In this document: one piece after another, positions 10,395 through 18,756 of the stretch
Numbering within the stretch: the stretch's first letter is position 1
Layout: the number at the start of each line of letters is the position of its first letter
NCBI RefSeq assembly: GCF_000012545.1
Contig: NC_007681.1
Span: forward strand, 210,001-242,000
Source: Methanosphaera stadtmanae DSM 3091
GTDB taxonomy: Archaea; Methanobacteriota; Methanobacteria; Methanobacteriales; Methanobacteriaceae
Reading direction: 5' to 3'
Length of the DNA: 32,000 bases
Position numbers and translations under genes: made by a program
The notes under the pieces: generated by a model
Database searches by the model: none
The model's input: only the letters and a program-made list of their open reading frames with translations
What the model was told of the DNA's origin: nothing

Positions 10395-11165
10395 ATGAAA
10401 TATATTAGATATATGGCTTCCAACAAAGAACATGTTGGAATAATAAAAGATGATATTATATATGATTTAGATTATTCATGTATTATTGATGCAATAGCAC
10501 ATGAAGATGAAATAGATATAAATGAATCTACAACAACACATAGATTAGAGGAGGTAGATGTACTACCACCAACAAATCCTTCTAAGATTGTTTGTGTAGG
10601 CCTAAATTATAAAGATCATGCTAAAGAATTAAATATGGAACTTCCAGATGAACCTTTATTATTTATGAAACCATCAACTTCTGTTATATCAACAAATAGT
10701 GCTATTATCTATCCAAGTACTACAAACATGCTTGACTTTGAAGGAGAACTTGGAATTGTAATATTAGAAAAAGTATCTCCATGTGATAATGGTACTTGTA
10801 ATGTTGCATACACTATTGTTAATGATGTAACAGCAAGGGATCTTCAAAGTAAGGATGGGCAATGGACACGTTCAAAAAGTTATGATACATTTTGTCCATG
10901 TGGACCAGTAGTTGTTACAGGTATAGATTCATCAAATCTTAATATAAAAACTATGGTTAATAATGATATAAAACAAGAATCAAATACAAAAAATATGATA
11001 TTTTCTCCATTAGAATTAGTAAAATATATCTCAAATATAATGACATTAAATCCAGGAGATATAATTGCATCAGGAACACCACCTGGTGTGGGTCACTTGG
11101 ATGTGGGAGATACTGTTGTTGTTGAAATTGATGAAATGGGAAGTTTAGTTAATATTGTTAAATAA
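10395..11165 (+). CDS. Fumarylacetoacetate hydrolase (FAH) family protein
   Basis: 256-aa ORF with an FAH-fold pattern: VCVGLNYKDHA, FMKPSTS, DFEGELG, NDVTARDLQ and GTPPGVG. Confidence 0.8.
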   Translation: MKYIRYMASNKEHVGIIKDDIIYDLDYSCIIDAIAHEDEIDINESTTTHRLEEVDVLPPTNPSKIVCVGLNYKDHAKELNMELPDEPLLFMKPSTSVISTNSAIIYPSTTNMLDFEGELGIVILEKVSPCDNGTCNVAYTIVNDVTARDLQSKDGQWTRSKSYDTFCPCGPVVVTGIDSSNLNIKTMVNNDIKQESNTKNMIFSPLELVKYISNIMTLNPGDIIASGTPPGVGHLDVGDTVVVEIDEMGSLVNIVK

Positions 11166-11192
11166 AAAAAAATTAAATATAGGGGTTATTTA

Positions 11193-12866
11193 ATGGAAAT
11201 TAAAGAGTATACATGTGATGTGTTAGTAATAGGTTCTGGCGGTGCTGGATGTAAATGTGGAATTGTAGCAAGTAAAGAGGGTCAGGATGTAATCATTGTA
11301 TCTAAAGGTTTAACATTTAAATCTGGTTGTACAATGCTTGCAGAAGGAGGTTACAATGCAGTATTTGGGTATGTTGATGATGAAGATTCACTTCAACTAC
11401 ATATTCAAGACACACTTAAGGGTGGAGCATTTCTCAATGACTTAAAACTCGTATATAAATTAGTTACTGAATCACCAAAAAGACTTGTTGAACTTGAATC
11501 ATATGGTTCATTATTTGACAGACAAGAAGATGGTCGTTTAAATCAAAGAGCATTTGGAGGACAATCCTATCGTAGAACTTGTTTTAAAGGGGATCAAACT
11601 GGTCATGAAATGATGGTTGGACTTAAAGAAGAAGTTATACGTGAAGGTGTAGAAACACATGGAGAAATAATGATTACAAAATTATTATTTGATAAAAATC
11701 ATACAAAAATTGTTGGAGCAATGGGTTTTTCACTACAGGATAGTTCAATAGTAATATATCATTCAAAGACTACTGTTATTGCTTCTGGTGGATGTGGATG
11801 GTTATATCCTGTTACATCAAATGCTTTACAAAAAACTGGTGATGGTATTATGATGGCATATGATGTTGGAGCAGATGTTATGGATATGGAAATGGTACAA
11901 TTCCATCCAACAGGTATGTTGTCTCCAAAATCCAGAAGAGGTGTTTTAATTACTGAGGCTGTTCGTGGTGAAGGGGGTTATTTAATTAACACTAATAATG
12001 AACGTTTCATGATAAATTATGATCCACGTCAGGAACTTGCAACTAGGGATATTGTTGCAAGATCTATCTATACTGAAATTCAGGAAGGTCGTGGAACTAA
12101 TGATGGGGGAGTATATTTATCTGTAACACACCTACCAGATAGTCAGGTTCATAAGAAATTACAAACTATGGTTCAGCAATTTAAGGATGTTGGCGTGGAT
12201 ATTACAAAAGAACCAATGGAAGTAGCACCTACTGCTCATCATTTTATGGGTGGTGTTAGAATTAACACCGACTGTGAAACAAATATTGAAAACTTGTATG
12301 CTGCAGGTGAAGCATCTTCTGGTGTGCATGGAGCAAATAGGTTAGGTGGTAATGCATTGGCTGATACTCAAGTATTTGGTCATATTGCTGGTTTAAGTTC
12401 TGCAAAACAGGCACAAAATACCAAACTTGAAACTCCAGATGAAGATATGATTTCTTCTGAAATTTCACGTATTGAAGCTATATGTTCTGAAGGAAAATAT
12501 CGTCCACAAGATATTAAGACTAAAATACAAGAAATAATGTGGAAGCATGTTGCAATTGTTCGTGATGAAACAGGTTTAAAACAAGCAGAAATTGAATTAA
12601 ATAAACTTGAAGAAATGACTTCTAACATGAATGTTTCTAAAATAAGAGAATACAACGATGATTTAGTAGTAGCTCTAGAAGTTATAAGTATGATAAAACT
12701 CGCTAAATTAATAGTAAAATCAGCTCTACTACGTAAAGAGAGTAGAGGAGCACATTATCGTATAGATTATCCTGAACGTAACGATAAAGAATATCTTAAA
12801 AGCTTCATATTAAATAAAAATGGAGAAATTAAAACAGTAGAAAGAGGTCTATTTACAGATTATTAA
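11193..12866 (+). CDS. tfrA: Fumarate reductase/succinate dehydrogenase-type flavoprotein, most likely thiol:fumarate reductase subunit A
   Basis: 557-aa ORF. Has an FAD fold (VIGSGGAGC), HPTG, HHFMGGV and ESRGAHYR motifs. There is no His at the covalent-FAD position (SGCTMLAEGG). Size matches the roughly 61-kDa TfrA, but NadB-like aspartate oxidase cannot be fully excluded. Confidence 0.7.
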   Translation: MEIKEYTCDVLVIGSGGAGCKCGIVASKEGQDVIIVSKGLTFKSGCTMLAEGGYNAVFGYVDDEDSLQLHIQDTLKGGAFLNDLKLVYKLVTESPKRLVELESYGSLFDRQEDGRLNQRAFGGQSYRRTCFKGDQTGHEMMVGLKEEVIREGVETHGEIMITKLLFDKNHTKIVGAMGFSLQDSSIVIYHSKTTVIASGGCGWLYPVTSNALQKTGDGIMMAYDVGADVMDMEMVQFHPTGMLSPKSRRGVLITEAVRGEGGYLINTNNERFMINYDPRQELATRDIVARSIYTEIQEGRGTNDGGVYLSVTHLPDSQVHKKLQTMVQQFKDVGVDITKEPMEVAPTAHHFMGGVRINTDCETNIENLYAAGEASSGVHGANRLGGNALADTQVFGHIAGLSSAKQAQNTKLETPDEDMISSEISRIEAICSEGKYRPQDIKTKIQEIMWKHVAIVRDETGLKQAEIELNKLEEMTSNMNVSKIREYNDDLVVALEVISMIKLAKLIVKSALLRKESRGAHYRIDYPERNDKEYLKSFILNKNGEIKTVERGLFTDY

Positions 12867-13168
12867 ATAGTAATCTCTAACTTAATCTTCTTTTTATTTA
12901 TTTAATGAATATTCTAATTTTGATTTTACAATATGATTTATTACTTAAGATTAATTCATAACCTCATTTATCATGATATATATTTAAAAATAGACAGATA
13001 TTAGTATAGTAATCAAAGGTATTAAAAATAAGAATCAATGGTATTATTTTATTATTTTCTCATAAATTCATTATAAAATATGGTTGTAAATAATTTAAAA
13101 AAAGAGTAATAATGAAATATAGTATCTCATTATTATATGACTTTTACTAAAAGTGTAATGGTTTTATT

Positions 13169-14536
13169 CTAATTATTTTCTAATGCACTCATAGTACTAA
13201 GGATTTTATGATCATCTTCAGGTTTTGCTTGTAATTGTAATCCTACAGGAATGTTGTCTACAAGTCCAGAATTCATACTACTTGCAGGAATACCTGTGAT
13301 GTTAGCAAGTACTGTTAATACATCATAAGCATACATATCCATAGTTTCTATTTCTTCACCGATTTTATGTGGTAATTTTGGTACTGTAGGTCCAGCAATT
13401 ACATCAACATCATTTAATAATTCATTAAATTCATTTCTAATAAGTGATCTTGCTTGTAGTGCTTTATTATAATATTTTCCACTGAATTCTTTTTGACTAA
13501 TATATGAACCAATTTCTATTCTACGGGCTACTTCAGCACCACATACTTCTTCTATTCTTTCACCATATTTACGTCCATCATATTTTCTTGTTGCTGAGAA
13601 AAACTCAACATAGTTTATAAGATAATAGGTAGGTAATCCAAGATTAATATCTTCAAAGCTCAATTCTTTAATCTCTGCTCCGAGGGAGGTCATATCATCA
13701 ATGGATTTATTTATTTGGGATGTTATTTTATCATCAGTTATGTCCATAAATTCCTTTACAACACCAATTGTTTGACCTTCAAGTGTGGAATTTGTTGTAT
13801 CTTTTAGGAAATCTTCTGGTTGTTTATTTATTGTTGTTGTATCGTATGGATCATATCCACATATAACATTAAGCATTAATCCAATACCTGTTGTATCGTT
13901 TGCAAATGGACCTATTTGGTCTAAACTCATTGCAAGATCAAGTAATCCTTGTCTTGATACCATACCATATGTAGGTTTAAATCCCATTACTCCACAGTGT
14001 GATGCAGGATTTCTTATTGAACCACCAGTATCAGATCCAAGTGTTATATCACACATATTTGCTGCAATTGCTGCTGCTGAACCTCCACTTGATCCTCCAG
14101 GAATATGTCCTGGTGCTTTTGGATTGTTTGTAGGACCATACATTGAGGTTTCTGTGGAACTACCTGCTGCAAACTCATCCATATTTGTTAGACCAATAAT
14201 TACTCCATCTTCATCAAGTATACGATTAATTACAGTTGCATTGTAACTTCCATAATAGTTTTTGAGTGTAGGGGAAGCTGCAGATATTATGAAATCTTCT
14301 ACATTTATGTTACTTTTTATACCAATAACGAGTCCAGCTAATTTTCCAGTTTCTTCATTATTTTTAATTCTTTTATCTATATCTTCAGCTGTTTTTCTTG
14401 CTTTTTCTATATCTAATTGTACAAATGCATTAATATCATCATTTTTTTCTTCTATGGTACTATACATTTGTTCAAGGTTTTCAGTTGCTGTTATTTCTTG
14501 TTGTTTAATTGCTTCAACTTTTTCTATTACTTTCAT
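13169..14536 (-). CDS. gatA: Asp/Glu-tRNA amidotransferase subunit A
   Basis: 455-aa ORF with the amidase signature GGSSGGSAAAIA and a GatA-like overall pattern. AAGGTGA lies upstream of the ATG. Confidence 0.9.
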   Translation of the reverse strand: MKVIEKVEAIKQQEITATENLEQMYSTIEEKNDDINAFVQLDIEKARKTAEDIDKRIKNNEETGKLAGLVIGIKSNINVEDFIISAASPTLKNYYGSYNATVINRILDEDGVIIGLTNMDEFAAGSSTETSMYGPTNNPKAPGHIPGGSSGGSAAAIAANMCDITLGSDTGGSIRNPASHCGVMGFKPTYGMVSRQGLLDLAMSLDQIGPFANDTTGIGLMLNVICGYDPYDTTTINKQPEDFLKDTTNSTLEGQTIGVVKEFMDITDDKITSQINKSIDDMTSLGAEIKELSFEDINLGLPTYYLINYVEFFSATRKYDGRKYGERIEEVCGAEVARRIEIGSYISQKEFSGKYYNKALQARSLIRNEFNELLNDVDVIAGPTVPKLPHKIGEEIETMDMYAYDVLTVLANITGIPASSMNSGLVDNIPVGLQLQAKPEDDHKILSTMSALENN

Positions 14537-15005
14537 ATGTTCACCTTTAGTAAAAATTCATGAAATCATAACTTTTTCATTAAATAATTATATGTATAAT
14601 ATATTTCATTAAAGAAATTAATATAATTTAATATTATTATATAATGAAAGATTTTTTTAAGTAGGAGCTTATTTTTTTTATGTTTTTAGTGTATGTGGAA
14701 TTATTTTCTTTTAGTTTTGTATGTATATTGTTATTATTTTTAAAAAAATAAGTCAAATTTATAAAGACTAAAAATTATATATTATAAACAATAACAAGAT
14801 TGTGCTTTAAAAAAAGTTAATTAAATGTAAAAAATTATAGTCTTATACTCACATATGAAACTATTTTTGACATTAATATTTTAAATCTTAAGTAATAAGT
14901 ACTCCTTGTTAGATGTAAAAATAATGTGAAGATATATGCATATCTTTATTTTATAGAAACATTTAAAAACAACAATGTTGATATTTATAAACATTAAAAA
15001 ATGAT

Positions 15006-15037
15006 TGAGTTTTTTAAAATTTAATGTTAAAAACTCA
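15006..15037 (+). promoter_or_regulatory. Perfect 9-bp inverted repeat bracketing a TATA-like box upstream of mtaA
   Basis: TGAGTTTTT (15006-15014) and AAAAACTCA (15029-15037) flank TTTAAAATTTAA. The repeat lies about 35-65 nt upstream of the mtaA ATG. Confidence 0.4.
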
Positions 15038-15071
15038 GATATATTATAATATATTTTTAAAAGGTGAACAC

Positions 15072-16085
15072 ATGGATCTTATAGAAAATTTAAAAGCAGC
15101 TTTAAATGGCGAAGAAGTAGAAAAAGTACCAGCAATAAGTGCAACAGCAGCAGCAGTTGAAGAAGCATTCCCTGCAGCTAACGTATCCTGGCCAGAAGCA
15201 CACAAAGATGCTGAACAAATGGCAAGATTAGGTATATCCTTACACGAACAAGCAGGATTAGAATGTGCTAGAGTACCTTTCGACTTAACAGCTGAAGCAG
15301 AAGCATTTGGTTGTGAAGTAGATTTAGGTGATATGGAAAACACTCCTACATTAAGATCACACGATATTGTAGATGATGTAGAAGACTTAGAAGTACCTGA
15401 TGACTTTGTAAACAATGGTAGATTACCTGTAATCTTAGAATCTATAGAAATCTTAAAAAATGAATACCCTGAAGTACCTGTAATTGTAGGTATGGCTGGT
15501 CCTTTCACTTTAACTGGTCACTTATTAGGTGTAGAAGATTTAGTAAAAATGTTAAAAACTGACAGTTTCGTAGTAGAAGACGCAGTTGAAATAGCATTAG
15601 AAGCACAAACAGAATTAGTTCAAGCTTTCAATGAATCTGGTGTAGATGTAATTGCTGTAGCAGACCCAACATCTTCCCCTGAATTATTAGATCCTAATGA
15701 TTTCAGTGAATTTGCACAACCTGCATTAGAAGATTTATCTGCTGAAATGGAAACAGAAAGTATCTTACACATCTGTGGTAACTCAAGACCTATTCTTGAA
15801 GAAATGTTAGACTGTGGATTCAGTGGAATTTCTGTAGAAGAAGCAGTTGACATGACAGAAGCTCAACAAGTAAGAGCAGAAACTGGTGCTGAAACTGTAA
15901 TGGTAGGTAACGTCTCAACAAGTCAAACTTTATTCAGTAAACCTGTAGAAGAAGTAAAAGCTGAAGTAACACAAGCATTAGAAAAAGGTGTAAATGTATT
16001 AGCACCAAGTTGTGGTATTGCACCTAAATCACCTTTAGCAAACTTAAAAGCATTCGTTGAAGCAAGAGATGAATTCTATCAATAA
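15072..16085 (+). CDS. mtaA: Methylcobamide:coenzyme M methyltransferase (MT2-M)
   Basis: URO-D-family ORF with the Zn motif H-x-C (LHICGN) and a distal Cys (APSCGIAP). ATG at 15072 follows AAGGTGA. The ORF-track start at 15024 lies inside the promoter-like AT DNA. Confidence 0.88.
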   Translation: MDLIENLKAALNGEEVEKVPAISATAAAVEEAFPAANVSWPEAHKDAEQMARLGISLHEQAGLECARVPFDLTAEAEAFGCEVDLGDMENTPTLRSHDIVDDVEDLEVPDDFVNNGRLPVILESIEILKNEYPEVPVIVGMAGPFTLTGHLLGVEDLVKMLKTDSFVVEDAVEIALEAQTELVQAFNESGVDVIAVADPTSSPELLDPNDFSEFAQPALEDLSAEMETESILHICGNSRPILEEMLDCGFSGISVEEAVDMTEAQQVRAETGAETVMVGNVSTSQTLFSKPVEEVKAEVTQALEKGVNVLAPSCGIAPKSPLANLKAFVEARDEFYQ

Positions 16086-16125
16086 GTAGATTAATTCTAC
16101 TTTTAATCTTTTTTTATTTTTTTTT
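16085..16125 (+). terminator. Hairpin plus T-rich tract after mtaA
   Basis: AGTAGA-ttaat-TCTACT stem-loop followed by long T runs (16101-16125). Confidence 0.5.
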
Positions 16126-16255
16126 GAATACTATTTTTACAGTTTGATATTAATGGTATAGAAAATCTATATTCATGTAATGTTTTAATTTATATCTTGT
16201 TTTAGAAAAAAATTTTTATTTTAAAAAGGAGGTTATGGATTAAATTATTATAAAT

Positions 16256-16855
16256 TTAGTCCTTTATATTGAATCCTACAAGTATTGATGCAAGTTTTGG
16301 GTCATCTTCAAAGTTAAATACTTCTTTTAAGTATAAATCAGCCAATGGGTCTGGACTACTGGATACTACATCACATGTATCTTCAAGTTCTTCAACTTCA
16401 ATAAATTGTACTGGTGGAAGAAGAAATGCTTGTTTTGTAGGGTTTTTTTCAAGATTTTCTGTTTTCAAATCTTCTTCAATATCTTTTTGATCTTTTAGTA
16501 ATACAAAGTCCGGATTGATGAATTTAGCTTTTTCATCTTCTTTATATTTCTTTTTTTGATTGTTACTTACAATTTCTTCTCCTAGAAGGTTTCCCTTATT
16601 ATCTACTAGTTGAACAGTTGCAGTTGGAGGTGGTCTAAAAGATGCATTTTTTATTATTGCAACAGTGTAATCTCTGTTAAGACATTCATTAACTCCCATG
16701 TTTATTACAGGAATTAACTCTCCAGCCTTATCCATTTCTATTTTTAGTACATTTTTACGTACTTCATCAGTTAATACTCCAACATCTAATACTCCACGTA
16801 GGGGATTTATTGTATCAATTACTTCCTGAAGTACTTCTTCCGGTTTTTTACTCAT
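16256..16855 (-). CDS. Hypothetical protein (acidic C-terminal half)
   Basis: 199-aa ORF on the opposite strand between mtaA and mtaB1. It has an ATG start and no recognised motif. Confidence 0.55.
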   Translation of the reverse strand: MSKKPEEVLQEVIDTINPLRGVLDVGVLTDEVRKNVLKIEMDKAGELIPVINMGVNECLNRDYTVAIIKNASFRPPPTATVQLVDNKGNLLGEEIVSNNQKKKYKEDEKAKFINPDFVLLKDQKDIEEDLKTENLEKNPTKQAFLLPPVQFIEVEELEDTCDVVSSSPDPLADLYLKEVFNFEDDPKLASILVGFNIKD

Positions 16856-17227
16856 TTAATCATCTCTTGATATTATATTATATATTATTTAAATGATGGT
16901 TATATATAATTTATATAGGTAGTATTTTCTAAATGGTTCATTTTAATGGTTTATGTCCTAAATTTTATGCAAGGTTTTCTAATAATAACTGATATTAAGT
17001 TATTACTAATTACTAATAGTACTCTATAAAATAGGTTAAAATAGAATAATAGTAGGTTATTTTGATAAAAAAAAGTTTAAAATCTAATATAAATTATAAA
17101 TAAACATAAAATCATGGATATTATTCCTTAGAAATATCTCTTTTGATTTATTTATTTTTAATAAAATTTAATAAAATCATAAATTTAAATATTACTTTAT
17201 CATTTTTCAAGTATTTGGAATTAAAAA

Positions 17228-17249
17228 TAGGTTATATATTATATACCTA
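17228..17249 (+). promoter_or_regulatory. TATA-rich palindrome upstream of mtaB1
   Basis: TAGGTTATATA-T-TATATACCTA is a near-perfect palindrome with one bulged base. Its centre is about 32 nt upstream of the conserved ATGTGGGTATA motif. Confidence 0.35.
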
Positions 17250-17261
17250 AAAGGGCTATAG

Positions 17262-17280
17262 TAATAACTATGTGGGTATA
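17262..17280 (+). promoter_or_regulatory. Conserved mtaB promoter-proximal motif (copy 1)
   Basis: TAATAACTATGTGGGTATA matches 17 of 19 positions of the element upstream of mtaB2 and mtaB3. It ends 28 nt before the ATG. Confidence 0.5.
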
Positions 17281-17308
17281 AGAATTAGAACATAAGTGGT
17301 GAAATTAT

Positions 17309-18694
17309 ATGTCAAGAAAATATTTTACAAAAATGGAAAATGCATCAGCAGATGAAATGGTATTTGGACAAACAAAACACCCTGTAAAAATGGGATTAGA
17401 TCAAGTTATGGGTGGTGGAGAAGTAGTTCCTAACATCAAAGTAGCTCCTGCAGAAGGATCAGAAGAATCAATTGATGGATTAGAAGCAACCTCCAAAAAC
17501 ATAGCATTCGCAGCATGTGACCGTGCAGCAGCAATAGGACTTCCTGCAATACAAATAGAAATGGAACACGTACAACAACAATCTATCTCAAAAGAAGCAT
17601 CAGCAAGATGTACAGCTGTTACATTCGAAGAACTTGAAAAATTACACGACAAATTCGGTACAAAAGTATCAATGATGTCAACAGTAGCAGATATGAGAGA
17701 AGAAGAAAACGGTCTTAGAGGATCAGAATTCGACGTAGCAATGGATGAATCATTCGAAGCATGTGCACAAAATGGAGCATCAATGCTTTGTATTGAAACA
17801 GTTGGTGGTAAAGTAGTATCAGATTATGGTATATCAAGAGGAGATGCAAGAGCAATACTCTATGGTATAGGTGTACTTGGTTCTATTGATATGGAATACA
17901 TGTGGACAAAAATTGTAGACATAGCAAAAAGAAACAATGTAGTTCCTGGTGGAGACACAGACTGTGCACAAGCTAACACTGCAATGTTCCTTGCAGGTGG
18001 ATTAACCAGTAAAAACGTATCACACACAATTGCAGCAGTAGCAAGAGCAATTGCAGGAGCAAGAAGTTTAGTAGCAGTTGAATGTGGTGCACAAGGACCA
18101 ACAAAAGACTGTGGATACGAAAACCCTATTGTAAAAGCAATAGCATCCGTACCAATCTGTGCAGAAGGTAAAAACGCAACATGTGCTCACTCAGACCTTA
18201 TGGGTAACCTTACAGCAGCAGTATGTGATGTATGGAGTAACGAATCTGTATATAACAGAGAAGAAATGGGTGGACCAACACCTGGTGTATGGTTACAATC
18301 ATTAGGTTATGAATGTGCTTTAATGAACACAGCAACACAAATCGGAACAAACAAACAATTAAGAGATACATATGTATTAGCTGATAAATACCGAGACCCT
18401 CAAGGTGTAATTCTTGCATACGATAACGCATACAAAATCGGTGAAGCAATTACAGCAGAAGGAGAAGATATTTACTTAAGATCCCGTGCAGCAGCAATTA
18501 GAGCAATGGAATTAATTAATGAAGCAGTAGATGAAAAACGTATCTTATTAACAAGATTTGAAAGAGATACACTTGATTCCACAATGAAAACATACGAACA
18601 ATTACCAGATGACAAAGACAAATTCATAAAAACATGTATCAAACGTTACGGAAGAAAAGTAAAAGAACACGACCCATCACAATATGAATTATAA
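17309..18694 (+). CDS. mtaB: Methanol:corrinoid methyltransferase (MT1 large subunit), copy 1
   Basis: 461-aa ORF, one of three close paralogues each followed by a corrinoid protein gene. Shows an MtaB-like pattern (GGDTDCAQAN, KDCGYENP). GGTGA RBS present. Confidence 0.88.
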   Translation: MSRKYFTKMENASADEMVFGQTKHPVKMGLDQVMGGGEVVPNIKVAPAEGSEESIDGLEATSKNIAFAACDRAAAIGLPAIQIEMEHVQQQSISKEASARCTAVTFEELEKLHDKFGTKVSMMSTVADMREEENGLRGSEFDVAMDESFEACAQNGASMLCIETVGGKVVSDYGISRGDARAILYGIGVLGSIDMEYMWTKIVDIAKRNNVVPGGDTDCAQANTAMFLAGGLTSKNVSHTIAAVARAIAGARSLVAVECGAQGPTKDCGYENPIVKAIASVPICAEGKNATCAHSDLMGNLTAAVCDVWSNESVYNREEMGGPTPGVWLQSLGYECALMNTATQIGTNKQLRDTYVLADKYRDPQGVILAYDNAYKIGEAITAEGEDIYLRSRAAAIRAMELINEAVDEKRILLTRFERDTLDSTMKTYEQLPDDKDKFIKTCIKRYGRKVKEHDPSQYEL

Positions 18695-18756
18695 GTAATA
18701 GCGGTGTAGTGTAAATTTAAATATAAAAAAAATTTATTAAAAGGATGTGTGTATAA

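Noticed and set aside
14690-14761. A 23-codon hydrophobic small ORF (MFLVYVELFSFSFVCILLLFLKK) in the gatA-mtaA divergent spacer, with AGGAG 12 nt upstream.
   Set aside because: T-rich DNA readily yields Phe/Leu-rich pseudo-peptides. The RBS spacing is long and nothing beyond the open frame supports it. It would need ribosome profiling or conservation to be taken seriously.
15024-15071. N-terminal extensions implied by the ORF-track starts: 15024 for mtaA, 20107 and 22757 for mtaB2/3, 21508 for mtaC2, 29912 for padR, 5601 for the small ORF.
   Set aside because: The extended starts are TTG/GTG or ATG codons lying within or upstream of the GGTGA-type RBS. They add residues absent from the paralogues. 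In each case the internal ATG 5-9 nt after the RBS is the better start.
15044-15508. Long antisense ORFs inside the mta genes: 15044-15508, 15620-15853, 17401-17652, 18798-19154, 19191-19400, 19956-20615, 21582-21938, 22726-23193, 24217-24573 and 24610-24819.
   Set aside because: They lie exactly opposite strongly supported, motif-bearing genes and recur in each paralogue. They translate to Ser/Ala/Thr-rich low-complexity sequence and lack RBSs. The biased codon usage of the sense genes (GCA/GAA/GTA-rich) removes stop codons from the opposite strand.
16228-16243. A perfect Shine-Dalgarno-like AAGGAGG followed by ATG GAT TAA, a 2-codon mini-ORF downstream of mtaA.
   Set aside because: The SD-to-ATG spacing is only 2 nt and the ORF encodes a dipeptide. 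The region is better explained as the T-rich 3' end or terminator of the minus-strand 199-aa gene.
16856-17227. Short repeats in the long AT-rich spacers. These are AATGGTT three times around 16893-16950, the TAATAACT/AGTTATTA dyad at 16983-17005, TTAGAGTTATTTTT at about 19664 and 19907, and AATCA(A/T)(A/T)GGTATTA twice near 13011-13046 (one mismatch).
   Set aside because: They are short, A/T-dominated and not shared between the paralogous spacers. They are likely chance matches at this base composition, and none shows CRISPR-like regular spacing.
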